In this document: one piece after another, positions 26,271-40,023 of the stretch
Layout: each line of letters begins with the position of its first letter
Position numbering within the stretch: the first letter of the stretch is position 1
Assembly (NCBI RefSeq): GCF_009914755.1
Contig: NC_060931.1
Source: the human T2T-CHM13v2.0 reference genome, Homo sapiens
Strand: one strand, 5' to 3'
Length of the DNA: 64,000 nucleotides
Made by a program: the position numbers and the translations under genes
The notes under the pieces: model-generated
Told to the model about the DNA's origin: nothing
Seen by the model: the letters and a program-made list of their open reading frames with translations, nothing else
Databases searched by the model: none

Positions 26271-26564
26271 CCCCAAGTGGTCTTGTCTAAATCAGTAAAG
26301 ACAATGTAATTGCCATCCCCTGCTAAATGTGATATATTCTGTTCTGTTCTTTCTTCACCTTGACCCTCTCTGCACTTTTTGATTACTAATTCCCAATCCA
26401 GGGTTCTCTTTTCTTGCTGTGGCATAAATGATGAATATCAGAATCTGATTCATACTTCTAAATTTTTGGATCCAGAACTTTCTGGGTCCAGATCATCTTT
26501 TCAACTTTCTACTATCATTCTTCTACACACTCTTCTCTATTCAGCGTACACATAAAACAATTTC

Positions 26565-27370
26565 TGAAACTGTCTTTGCAAAGATTATAGCAATAAGAGG
26601 GAGATAATATCACTGAGTCCATCTTGCTTCTAAAGCTAACTACCCTTTCTTATTCTTGCAAGTAGGCCAAGTTAACTATGGAAGGAATTTAGTCTATAGT
26701 TTAAAACAAATATGGTAACAGCCCTTCCCCTAGACTAACTTCCTCCTCACTCAGAGACAAAAACTATAGCATTAATGAAAGGCCACAAGGTTAGAATTGT
26801 GGTAAAGGCCTGAAATCTGTTAAGACATAGACAGAAGTTAAATGGTAACTAGCCATTGTTCCTTAGCTTGCTTTTCTATAATTGTTTACTTACTGCTAAG
26901 AGAGTCATATAACTGGGGTCCAGAAGACTTATAACTTCCCAAAATTGCTCCTGTAGATAATACCTCTATTATGAACCTCAGGACTAGTCTTTTAAGATAT
27001 TTTTCAGTTTGCATTCTTGTGGACCAACTGATGCCCACTGAACTCACGACCCATACCAAGGAACTGACTCAACTTGTCCTGCAACCTCCACCCAGAAACT
27101 GCCTCAGAGTATGAAGATAGTTTCTATACCCCTATAGTTTCATTCCTAAGCAATCAGCAGCCTCCATTCCCTACCCTCTTGCCCAGCAAATTATCCTTAA
27201 AAGCCTTAGCCTCTGAGTTCTTCGGGAGGCAGTCTTGAGAAATTTCTCCCATCTTCCTCTCTCAGCTGCCTTGTGATAATTAGACTCTTTCTTTGATGCA
27301 ACACCTGCTGTTCTCAGTGTATCAGCTGTTTTTGGACAGCAGGCAAGAAGAACATGGTTGGGCAATAATA
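26565..27370 (+). mobile_element. Complete MER4/LTR8-group solo LTR (MER4D/E-like)
   Basis: Starts tgaaactgtctttgcaaagattata; TATA-like ttatccttaaaa at ~27191; ends cagcaggcaagaagaac...gggcaataata; short flanks atttc/ttttc. Confidence 0.85.
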
Positions 27371-30300
27371 TTTTCTGCCAGAATTTCAAATAACTGGTAT
27401 GAAAATAACTACACTTTGGCACAATGTTTTGACCACTCTTCCTTTTTGAATGTAACTTTTCCTGAAATTTACTTTTTGTTTTTATTTGCTCAACCCAAGT
27501 TTATATTTATAGTATGCTACTGGCTGTGCTTTCACCCTCCATTTCTCCTCACCCCAAATCCTAGAACTTCCAAAATACATTATTATAACTTTAGCACTTT
27601 AGCCTCTTTTGGAGTTGATTGCAATTTCCAGTTCAATCAATTTTATATGCTACCATTCTGAACTCCATACTATAACCCCAATATGATTGTGTGTAATTAC
27701 AGAGGGATTCTGAAAAATTCCTGTAAATATTACTTCTATCTAGATTATAACATCATATTGATCAACTTCTTGTTTTGTTTTACTCAGAGCTTTAGAGAAA
27801 ATGTGCATGGCTTTAGAGACAAACCTCTTCATGTAAAATCTAGCAGCTATATAATTTTGAATGGCCAAATTCCTCAACTCTTTGGAGCTTTTAAAGAGTT
27901 GCCATATTGTACAACCTCACAGAGCACCGTTTACATGGACTCCAGTATAAATGACACTTTCCAGAGGGGCTACATGGTGGTTATAATATTTGTATCAACT
28001 ATAAGTAACAAGACATTTAACGGGGTATATCCTGTTGTCTAAAAATCTTATACAAATTCCTGCAACTGAGAATAATAGCTGATAACTGCTTGACGTCTAC
28101 TAAACTCACCCATTCAGAACATATTAGATAGCAGTACTAGTGTGCCTATCATCAACCTCCAATTCAAATTCAAACTATGTCAAAGAAGACTAGAAATTAG
28201 GAGATCATTTTATCACAGTAAGAGTGTTTTAGATTTCTTCTCTCCCCATGAGGTTGTAGGAGTATATTCTACAGTTGCATAAAGTCAAAAGGTATGGTAC
28301 AAGAGAATTTCTTATAAGTATGGGCTTTCAAGAAGGGAACACTCTTATCTTACTGCCTGCCTTAGTACAGAAACCAGAGACAAATGCTATGAAAGGTCTT
28401 TTTGGCAAAATGGACATGCATTCCATAAAAACATTGAGCTAACCAAGAATACAGAGACTGCTGGCTGCTTTCTACCTGAGAAGTTCTTTAAATAGAGGTT
28501 GCTTGGAGCTGCGTCTAACAGCATGGCAAAGAGAAAGGGCACTGGCAGCAGCAACCTTCACAGCCATCTTCTGGCGTGGCAAGGATGAATGAGTATTCCA
28601 TGGAGCCAAGTGAAAACAAAAAGGTCATTTCAAGCCATATTTATCTAAGAAGGTTTCTGTTGAACTGCAAAGACTTTAGCATTAGAGGCCGTAGTTCTGC
28701 TAGGGACAGAAAGTGAGTAGTTTCAAGAACTGAGCCAAGGAATGACACATCCATGTTAGAAAAGACAGCAGTGAGGAAATCCTTGATGGCCTTATAAGGA
28801 CCTAAACATTTACTATATAAGAGTTAGTATTTGGACACTTCTTTTAGTAGAACACAGAGTAGCTAGGTAATGTTAACTAGGAGACCAGAGCAGCATAAGT
28901 AAAAATATCTGAATCTCTAGGTCTCCAGATTCTCCTTATTTTTGCTCTGACTCTGGAAGTAGAGTGGGGCATGGGGGCCTGAGTCTAGAAGAGTGAGAGA
29001 CAATTTTATGTCCCTCCTTTTCTTATAGGAGGGTGTCTATAAACAGGAGTCAGACTTGGACTGAAGGAATCAAATTTGTTTTTACTAGATATAAAGTTGA
29101 AGTTTTAAATTCATATTAGATTAAATATTTTAGTTCTTTAAAAAATGAGTTCATGAATCAAACTATATCGCTGAATGATATCTTTATAAAATAAATGCTG
29201 AACCATATCATTATTAAACGTCTATTTTCACTGAAATAAGTATGATGTAAATCTGGGTGGACTCCCAAGTCGATTTCAACTTACTAGAATGATATTATAT
29301 ATTTATGAGATAGAGACGCCATCCCTATCTGGCTTGTCATTAGTTCTTTATTATTTCCTAATAAAATTTCTGGAAGTTTCTAAATAAACATATATTAAAA
29401 ATAAGTAGTTTATTAAATATCTTTTTTGTACTTATCAGTCTCATATGTATACAAAATAAAGTACCTAAAAGAATAAGAGACTATTCACAAGTAATTTACA
29501 TTTGATTAACAGAAAAAAGCAGATACAATTTAATAAATGTGTCAATAATTTAACATATACTTTAAAATATACGATTTAAAATATATGATTTAATAAACTA
29601 GTATAGGTCATAAGATACTTTCTTTTTCAAAGTAAATTAGTTATGCATGAACAATCAACCAAAAATATTAAGGATAATGTAACACTAAAAATCTGAGAAG
29701 CCCATATGAATATTCTTGTAGTCATATCTCTGCCCTTGAAAAAGCAAGTAAAGCATCTTAAGATAATAAATATTCTTTTAGGTTTTGCATAGAAAATATT
29801 TATGTTTTCTTTCTGATTCTCTTTTGCTTCATTTTTTGTCATGATATCATTCTCCATTAAACAGAAGATCCACGGTATACTTGAGGTCAGTTTCCTCTAA
29901 AGATTTCTTTTTTTTTTTTGAAATGTTTTTAAAATGATCTATCATGCAAAGACATTTTAAGAGTTTACTATTAATCAGATTGAATTTTAGAAAATATAAA
30001 CCTTTATGCTCATATTATAAAAAAATTTCACAGTAAATCAAAAGTGAACATACTTTCTTTTAGAAAGTAAAATAAAGATAGAATCCAAATTTCAAACTCA
30101 ACTACTAGAAAAAACCAACAAATTCTAATTTCGGGGGAACACTTAGAATATTTTATATTTAAACAATGAACAAATAAGATAGCTTTCCAACTCTAGCAGG
30201 AGTTACATATCTAAATTATTTATAGAAAAATTAAATATGATTTCTAAGCAAAATAATCTATCCACAAGGGATGGCACAAAAATAATTAATCTTTATTTCA

Positions 30301-30549
30301 GAATTTTACTCATATTTTTGAATATACAATTTGTTCCATTTGGAGTAGAAATGTTTGGATGGGCCACCTTGGCAGCAAGAAAACAGTTGCATATATTCCC
30401 TTCTGGAAGAAATTACAAATGGAATAACTTCCTTTTAAGAAAAAGCAAAACTATAATTCTTTATAAGATGATAGAAAATTATTTAAAAAATCAAAGTAAC
30501 TTATCATTTGCCTGTGCTATATGTGTGATATTTGTAGTTGGTATTTGAA

Positions 30550-30722
30550 AAAGAACATGAGAAGGGAGAGGAAGAGAGAGAGACAGAATGAGGGAGAAAG
30601 TTCGGGGAGAAGGAAGGAGGGAGGCAGACAGAGATAGAAGGAGGAAGAAAAGCAGGAGAAAGGATAGAAGAAGGAAGGAAACTGGGTAATTTATATTACA
30701 AGGGAACAACAACAACAACAAA
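30550..30722. repeat. Purine-rich (GA) low-complexity tract followed by (AAC)n
   Basis: Seen directly. Confidence 0.8.
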
Positions 30723-30787
30723 ACACTATGCCAAATCCAATGGCTAAGCATGTGATATAAAATTTTGGTACAAAATATGTGGTATAG

Positions 30788-31161
<374 letters not shown>

Positions 31162-31199
31162 GGCACAATTCTTAAGAATGTTTATTCCTAATAATGTTT

Positions 31200-31335
31200 T
31201 GCAGCATAGTGGAAAGAACTACAATAAGCTAGTGTCCGGGAGTATTTGATTTGGATCTGGCTGCATAACCAGTTTACTACTAAGGAGATATGGATAAATT
31301 CTGTTAATATCACTAGACTTCAGCTGCTTCACACG
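31200..31335 (+). mobile_element. MIR fragment
   Basis: gcatagtggaaagaac...tttggatctggct...gataaatt...aatatcactagacttcag resembles the MIR core. Confidence 0.45.
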
Positions 31336-34300
31336 TTGTTCTGCTAAAAATAAAATATCTAACAAAAATACCATTGAGGTATTAAAAGTAGCTACCAATT
31401 GATTGACAATATTTATTCATAGTGTTTAAAAGGGAAGTACATGGTTGAATTTAGGTCATATTTGCATTTTTCAAGCACATCTATTTAATGGAAATAAAGA
31501 CTTAGAGCTTCACTGGAGTAGGTATGTTTAGGCTCAAATCTAGTCAAGGATCTGTAGCCATATTTGCCAAAAGAATCCAGAATGTCATGGACCCAGGAGT
31601 ACTTGTGTTACAATTTTGAAACCATATTTGGAAAATTGTTCCTAAAATTAAGCTAACTTTTATAAATTTGGCAAAATAATATACATGTGATTAGACAAAA
31701 TAATTTAGATACAATGCAGTGAAATGTATTATTGATTTTACTACACATAGTAAATTTAAAAAAAAAAAAAATAAGCCCAAACAATTATCCAGAGATACCA
31801 TTTGACATCTACAGGCTATATGTAATTCATATGATCTTAGTGCATTAATTTGCCTCAGCAGAAAAGAAAAATTAAGTAGTCAGTATTTAATGAAACTGTG
31901 GCTCACATATTGAGCTAGAGATACATGACTGCATATTTTTGAAGCTCAAACATTTGTGTGACATGTTACTGCCTTTATTTATTAAAGAATAATGAATAAT
32001 GTTCTATTTAATGACACTCTGTTTTTTAAAATGTGTATACTGTACTGCCAGAATTTATAAGCAAGAAAAAAATGATTCTTTATTACTATTTTATACTAGA
32101 TTATGTTGGCACAAAGAGCATTGTGGAGAAATGGGGCTAATTTCCATCAGTGAAAAAAGCCTATTGCACTTACAATTAATTGCTTGTATTACACTAAGAT
32201 TTTCTACTTTTTCAAAAACAAAACACATCACTATATAATTTTATGTTCTGCAATAAAACTATCAAGTGAGCTGGATTCTCAGCTTGTAAAGCAACACATT
32301 ATTTCACTATAAATGAATCTGCAGGAGATGCCAAGTTGTAAGGGGATTTGAAGAGTTTGAAGTAAGAGACAACATACTTACTGTAAAAGTGAACCAATTG
32401 ATTATGCAATTCCATTGTAGCTGATATTACCTTATAATTAGATATAAATGTATATTTATCTATTTACATCCTTTTTAATTTACTGAACTATACATTTCAT
32501 GAGGGAAATATCTACTTTTTTTCACTCAGTATTTAGGAGAGTGCTCAAATTTGGGCAACAAATATTTGTGAAATGAGTGAATACACAAATGACTGGCTAG
32601 TGATATCTAGTTATTCCATCAGAGATTTTTTAAATACCTGTTTAAACTTTAACCGCCAAATGAAAACAAATCATTTCATTTTGAAGAGTATTATCAAGTT
32701 AGTAGAAAAAACAGGAAGGCAAATCTGACTCTCAGCCTCTTTTTTCTCTGAAATTAGTTAAATATCTTTTCATTTTAAGGTTGATTGTGGTTGCAACTTT
32801 GGCTGAGATGCGTGTGTGTATATGTATAATTTTATTAAATATATAAAATATACACGTATAATTATATGTGTAATTTTCCAAAAATAAATTGTTATAAAAA
32901 CAAATAAAAACCCCAGACAGTGAGAATATAAATATTTCTTGAGCATTTATTTACAGCACATTTCAATAAAACATTCTGCATTATTAATACACAAGTCCCT
33001 TTTTCTCTTTTTTGTAAAGAAAAAATGAATTTAGCTATCAACAATGGGCCTGAAACTTATCTAAGTTCTGCATGGTTGGAATGTTTTGCCAACTTACAGT
33101 GGACTGAATTACATGGGATTTTTAAAAGCAAATAAATGAATGTAATCTTACACTAAGAGAAAGGGGAAGGCTGGAAAGAATTCTCTTATATAAGCACTGA
33201 GTCTATTTTCTATGTGGCATGTTTCCAAAGTGATAAACGAGAAAACCAAATCCGAAACTGATATAAATATGCTGTATATACATGCAGCAGATTTCTGTAC
33301 TAGCACTCAGGAGTGCAGTTAGATTCAAAGAAGGAAGGGACAATGAGAGTGTGGGTATAAAATCCCAAATCACTATTATCAGGAGAATTTTTGCCTTGTC
33401 AGCAGTATTCTCTTCAGTTGGAAAAAATACTCTTTGTGTATTTGCATATGTTTGTGGGTATGTTCGCACATAGATTTACCATGTGTACTACCAGGGCCAG
33501 ACAGAGGCATGTGGATGCCCCAGGCAGACTAATAAACTGGCACTCCCTGAAACCAGTATGTTTTCAGTGTTTCTTCTATATTCATGTAGAAGAAGGTTGA
33601 CCTCTATATGGCAGAAAAGGAGGGAAAGTGGTGTATTGGGAAGAGTGATTAGCCTCTTCCTATGTTCTCAGACAGTTTATCTCTAGCATCATAACCTACT
33701 TGGCAAAACAATCTTGTAGTTAATGAGGTCTATGTTTAAGAAGGCAGTTTAAAGTTGCTCTGTTGATACTTGATGCCTTTCCTGTGTTTTACTCATTTGC
33801 TTAATCAAAGAATTTTCCCACTTCATGTAATTCTTCTAAAAATGATCTTGCAAACATAATATTCTCTCTATATTTACATTTTAGTGATTTTAGAACCTGT
33901 TTTGGATTTTGTTCCTGAGCAATTACCTAGGTGGCCTGACACCTGAACCATTTTATTAAACCACAAACCTGTTCAGCCGAACCTGTCAAAGCAAGATGGA
34001 AGCAACCCACTGAGCTTCTGTCATGAAAAGCCTCCTTACGGTGGAAACGTCTGCACCAACTTTTATTTATTTAGACTCTTTAAAAACCTCTTGACCTCAT
34101 TTTTCTCCTTTAAAATTCTACTCTCAGAAAAAAAAAAAGATTATACTGCCAATGTATACACTTTGGAGTGTGTGAATAGTTAATCTCTCCTCAAACACTA
34201 TCCCTATTCAGATATTCTAAAGACTTTAAAAGCTTCTTTTCTTTTAAAATATATTGTAAAGTCCAAAAGACAATTAAGAAAAGGACTTTGTAAGTGGTAT

Positions 34301-34666
34301 AGAATATCTTAATGGAGTCACACCACGTAATATACTTAGGTATTTAGGGGATTTACTTTTACTTTTTGGAAGTCAGTATATTTAATTTTATGAGTTGGAA
34401 GTTTTAGACTGATATGGTTAACTTACTTTTCTAACACAAGTAAATGATTGCTAGTCTTTATATATTTCTGGTAAAGGCCAGATGTGGAGTAATTGTTGTA
34501 TGTGTATATAAATTAATGTACATTCAGGAACACACATGCACATGTACACACACACACACTCACTACCAATAGCCTCTCTCTGTAGAGTAAAAAGGGATAG
34601 CAGACTTTGGTAAATGTTATTTGTTTGTCACTTCCCCTGAAGTTCATAAACATGCAAACACAAACA

Positions 34667-34742
34667 CATGGCACATGTATACATATGTAACTAACCTGCA
34701 CAATGTGCACATGTACCCTAAAACTTAAAGTATAATAAAAAA
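34667..34742 (+). mobile_element. Very short L1PA2/L1HS(non-Ta)-type 3'-end stub
   Basis: catggcacatgtatacatatgtaactaacctgcacaatgtgcacatgtaccctaaaacttaaagtataat followed by only ~6 A. Confidence 0.9.
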
Positions 34743-34789
34743 TCATGCAATAATAAATATTCTAGGCTATTATAATGGCGTTTAAAAAG

Positions 34790-35835
34790 ATTTATTTTAA
34801 AATATAGACTGAAAGGAAGTTGCAAAACTAGTACAAAGAATTCTGTCTACTCTTCACTGAGCTATCCTAAATGGAGATATGACAAACTCAGGAAATTGGC
34901 TTGTTACTGCTAACTAAACTACAGTGTTTTCACCATTTTAAAATCTGCATTTATTTGAGAGTATATACAATTCTGTGCAATTTTGTACCATGTATAAAGA
35001 TATATATCCACCACCAAAATAAAAATACAGAAGAGTTCCATCAGCACAAAACAACTCTGGCATGTTACCTCTGTGTATCTGTATCCACGACATCACCACA
35101 CACATATCCTGTCACCTGGCAACCATTAATATGTTCTCTGCTTTTATATTTTTCTGATTTCAAGAACGTTATGTAAATAGGACTACACAGTATGTAACAT
35201 TTTGAGACTGACTTTTTCCATGAAGCATAAAGCTCTTGAGGTCCATTCAGATTGTTGGATATATCCTATAGTACATTCCTTTTAATCGATGAATAGTATT
35301 CCATTGCATGGATGTATGGGAATGTATGAATATTCATATATTCACCAAAGAAAGAATATGTGGACTGTTGTTAGAATTTTTCTATTAAAAATAAAGTTGA
35401 TATGAACATTCATGTACAAATTTTGTGTTTTTTTAATTTTATTTTTTTGATGTGAACACAACTTTTCATTTCTCTGGGATAAGTGCACAAGAGATAACCC
35501 ATGTTTAGATTTGTAAGAAACTGCCATACTCTGCAAGAGCGGTCGTACCATTTCACATTACCACCAGTGATATAAAAGACATCTAGTTTCTCTGCATCCT
35601 CTCCTCCTTTTAATATTATCACCATGTTTTATTTTATCTCTTAAAATAGATACATAGTAATATATCATTGTGATTTTCATTTGCATTTCTCTAATGACCA
35701 AAGATGTTAGAAATATTTTCATGTGTTTATTTTGTGTTCGTATCATAGTCATGTCTTTTGCCTGCTTTCTGATTGGATAGTTTGTTTTTCTACTTTTGAG
35801 TTTTGAGAATTCTTTATATATTCTAGATATAAGAC
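34790..35835 (-). mobile_element. Old L1MC/L1MD-type 3' end
   Basis: ggaagttgcaaaactagtacaaagaattc, cctggcaaccattaat, gtattccattgcatggatgta, tttgcatttctctaatgac. Confidence 0.8.
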
Positions 35836-35879
35836 CTTTTTTGTTAGTTATGTGAGATTACCTCCTCAAAAATGATTGA

Positions 35880-36050
35880 ATTCTATGGCAGCAGGAAACA
35901 AGGGCCTTCTTTGGTACCAGCAAAGTAATACTTTTTAATCTATGTTTGTTATACAGGTAGTTATTGTATTACTAATAATTAAACTGTACTTATAATTATA
36001 TATTGTTTTTATATGTTGTATATTTTCAAATAAAATATAATAAAATAGCA
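35880..36050 (+). mobile_element. L1ME-type 3'UTR fragment
   Basis: aagggccttctttggt...ttatacaggt...aattaaactgtac...tatattttcaaataaaa. Confidence 0.45.
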
Positions 36051-36069
36051 AACCAAAAAATGGTATTGC

Positions 36070-36344
36070 TTGTTTTGTTTTGTTTTTGAGATGGGATCTC
36101 AGTCTGTCACCCAAGCTGGAGTGCAGTGAGTGACCTTGGCTGGCTGCAACCTCTGCCTCCCAGGCTCAAGTGGTTCTTGTGCCTTAGCCTCCCGAGTAGC
36201 TGAGATCACAGGCCTGTACCTCCATGCCCAGATGGGGTTTCACCTTGTTGCACAGGCTGGTCTTGAACTCCTGGTCTCAAGCTATCCGCCTGATTCGGCC
36301 TCCCAAAGAGCTGGGATTATAGGCTTACACCACTGCATCCAGCC
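36070..36344 (-). mobile_element. AluJ(b)-like SINE lacking the central A-rich linker
   Basis: caggctcaagtg and actcctggtctcaag are AluJ-like; gcccag is joined directly to atggggtttcac. Confidence 0.85.
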
Positions 36345-37008
36345 TCCATTATTTTTTAACTTTATTTACTTACTCTAGTCCTTTTTCTCTGACATGGATC
36401 CATGGATGATACACACACACACCCTTCGACTTTGCTTTTGCTTCTTATTCTTCATAACTTAACCTGGTGTCTGATCAGCTCATAAATTAAATGAAGAGAG
36501 TAATGTATTTTCTTTCCCTGTACAGTTCTTTCAACATTGATGTATTTTAATCATATTTCTTGTACTCCACATATAATTAATATATGTAAATATTGTCAGT
36601 ACTTCCTGTGGGGCTGGGGGAGTGGAGGTACAACCTAATGCTTCTGTAAATTAGTTTTCATTTTTGAAAGAGCTTCTGGAAATTTTATGAAATCTGGAAT
36701 TTATTATAATTAGGTAAAGCCTTTTACTATCTGTTTTGAAAGATCAAGTAGTCAGCAGAAAAAAGAAATAAGTTTAACTGCTCTATATATTAACCAGGGA
36801 AAGTGAATGAAATCTTCATTCATTTGATAAGTGAACAAATAAAATTTAATTTTAATTTTTTCCACAGGGAAATAAATCCAGACAGACATGTAACTTAATG
36901 ACATTACTTAAGAAAAGCTTATGGTATTAATAATTTTCTTTAAAAATTGAGTTTATTAATGTAGGCACATAAAAATTATAATTCTGTTAAAAGATGATAT
37001 ACGTATAG

Positions 37009-37314
<306 letters not shown>

Positions 37315-38109
37315 AAAATGATATAGGTATAAACGTTTATTCACCAAATATGTGGAACAATATATTAAATAGTGTCTTATTTTTGCAGTTTAATTAATTA
37401 GAATAATTAAGCCGTGTTTTTCACATTAAATCAGACTTTTAAAGTTATTAGTAAGACCTCTTTTATTCAGGAATAAAAATCAGCTGGGGTGGTTTTTATT
37501 CATGAAGGTCATCTTTGTATCACCAAATGTGTGTTAAGCTTTTTCAAAATATCATTGTAACTTGTATGAACTACGTGACCTGATACTAATAATACACAGG
37601 CATTTATCATGAAAAAAATATGTTCTGTTCTCCCTTCAGGAATTAGATTTCTTTTTCTATTTGTGAATAACAACTTGCCTTGTAATTCATTGAATTTATT
37701 TTTAAAATACTCTAATTTGTGTTCCAGTTTGCAATACATTACTCAGACTTAGCTATTAATAGAACTATGCTCCAAGTAAACATATAGCATATTTCCAACA
37801 TTAATAACCACCCAATTTATCATGTACTTGCTGATGATAGAAAAGTGCTTTTTTACATGATTTTAAGGATGATAGGAATAGCAATTATAATATTTTTACA
37901 GAGTATTTTGCAGTTCACAATGCACTCTAAACTGATTGACTGTTGTACAGTCAATTTTACAGATTGAGAAAGGAGAGTCAGAAAGCCTAAGAAATGTACC
38001 AAAGTTCCATAACTTTCAAATTTGGGTGACGAATCTTTGTGGTTCTGCAACAATTGTGTTTGTCTTATAAACAAACACAGATGGCTCTAGACTATTATTT
38101 CAAGAATAT

Positions 38110-38433
38110 TTGTAGGTAGAATAACCACTAAGATAGACCAAATGTAGGCAACTTTGCTTGAAGCCCATTAAAAAAGATCAAGACTCCTTCAGCTTGATGG
38201 TTCCTAGCTGTGATGCAAACCTACTGTGTCAGCTGCATCCACAGTGACTGTTCCACATCGGTCCCTTGGGAATTAGGGACAAAAGAAATAGGCATAAAAA
38301 TGAAGCCACGAATAATAAAGTTATTCGTCTCTGATTCAAGAGTTTTGTGTCTTTTATCGGCACCTATAAAACTGTAGCCAACTTGTTAGTATGAAGTTAT
38401 TTCAAAATCTCAAACCGTTAATAGTTCTTGACA
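38110..38433 (+). mobile_element. Old LTR (LTR47-like)
   Basis: aataaagttattcgtctctga...aacttgttag...aaaatctcaaaccgttaatagttcttgaca 3' terminus. Confidence 0.55.
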
Positions 38434-38779
38434 ATAAATTGTGCAGCAGAAGAGCAAAAGATTTCCTTTGTTTCATGGTTCAGTACACATTTTACATACT
38501 GTGATGGGTCCTAAGCAAATTAACATATTCAGATTCCCAGGATATATTTTCTACATAAAAATGAAGGATGTATGCTATTGTATCCTAATCGGGCTAAGTA
38601 TCTCATGTACAGTCATTTTGATTTTACGTATATGTTTGGATATAGGATGTCTCTGGAATGATATGAACAACTGACAACAATGGTAGCATCTGGCAAAGGA
38701 AACTACATAGTACAACAATGGGAGTAAGATTTCCTTTTCAACACCATACATGTTTGCTCTTACTGAACGCTATTCGATG

Positions 38780-39022
38780 TGAAAGGCAGTATATTATAAC
38801 GGTCAATAAAATCAAGCTCTCCAGGTTCACAGACTTAACTGACTGTGTTATATTGATTCAATTTATTTACAATTAACTTGTGTATGCTTCAATTTCCTTA
38901 TTTATAAAATTGTGGAGTTATAATATTTCCCAACAGGTTGTAAAAATTGAATAAGTTTTTACTTTAAAGGCTTTAATACACTGCCTTAGAGTAAGAGTTC
39001 AGCAAGAGTTAGCAATAATTAT
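38780..39022 (+). mobile_element. MIR
   Basis: ggcagtatattata...gcttcaatttccttatttataaaat...caggttgtaaaaattgaataag...gttagcaataattatt. Confidence 0.7.
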
Positions 39023-39153
39023 TCAAAATAATTTTAAAAAATTTTCAAATAATTTTCACTTGTTCATATATTTCTAAATTAATTCTGAATGACAGAGTAT
39101 TTCATTATGTGCATACAAGGTACAACAGTAGTTGAAAAGACTGACAGAGTACA

Positions 39154-39165
39154 GTGTGTGTGTGT

Positions 39166-39202
<37 letters not shown>
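39154..39202. repeat. (TG)n microsatellite with one interruption
   Basis: Seen directly. Confidence 0.95.
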
Positions 39203-39204
<2 letters not shown>

Positions 39205-39919
39205 GTCTTCAGTTCAGACTGAGACTGAGATGTAAATTACTGATGCCAGAACATACATTTTGAATATGTTTTATTGAGGGGATGTAAGAGAACACTGGCT
39301 GTACTAAGAAAAGGCTAATGATGCTACAGATACTGTAAGAAAATGACACAAGGAATTTTCAAGAGTGAAAACACAATCTGTTCATGACAAATCTGTCCCT
39401 TAAATGAGCACTACTTCAGTAAATGGTTACCAATTAATTATTTTCCCTTGCTTTTCTTATGCATTTATTTATCCATCAATTCAACAGTTATCTATTCAGC
39501 ACCTTCAATCTGCCAGGCCAGTTAATAATGAAGAAAAATGCTAATCAAATAATGCACTATTAATAGTACTTAATAGGTACTCTTATAGCCCTTTAACAAG
39601 CGTGGGATTGAGGTTTAAAAAATTCACAAAATGTGCTGAAAGCCACATGGCTCAGTTTAAATTTCCCAAATGTTGATAAAAATTTTATCAATTTTTGAGG
39701 CTTAAGCAATATAATCACTGAAAATAACTTATTTCAGTGCTTATAATTCTGATCGCAGACATACCATCCTTTGGAACAATCTGTGATAGTTCTGAAATTG
39801 ACACACTCTGGTACTGATACTTTTTTGTAAGTATAAATCTCACTTACACAGATAATACATCTCACTTCTATCTGATAGTATACCCTCTAGCCATCTTCTA
39901 CTCCCCGAAAGGGGAATAG

Positions 39920-40023
39920 ATGGGTGCAGTGCACCAGCATGGCACATGTATACATATGTAACTAACCTGCACAATGTGCACATGTACCCTAAAACTTAAA
40001 GTATAATAAAAAAAAAAAGAAAA
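39920..40023 (+). mobile_element. Very short L1PA2/L1HS(non-Ta)-type 3'-end stub with A tail
   Basis: atgggtgcagtgcaccagcatggcacatgtatac...cttaaagtataat followed by A12. Confidence 0.9.

Noticed and set aside
21228-27370. LTRs at 21228 and 26565 as the two ends of one provirus
   Set aside because: The intervening DNA is L2/L1M with no PBS or internal sequence; the LTRs differ in structure and the second has its own short flanking repeat.
27293-28042. Adjacent 122-aa and 119-aa ORFs as a possible gene
   Set aside because: The first begins inside an LTR with a non-ATG start; composition is F/L/I/Y-rich as expected for AT-rich non-coding DNA; no domain or splice support.
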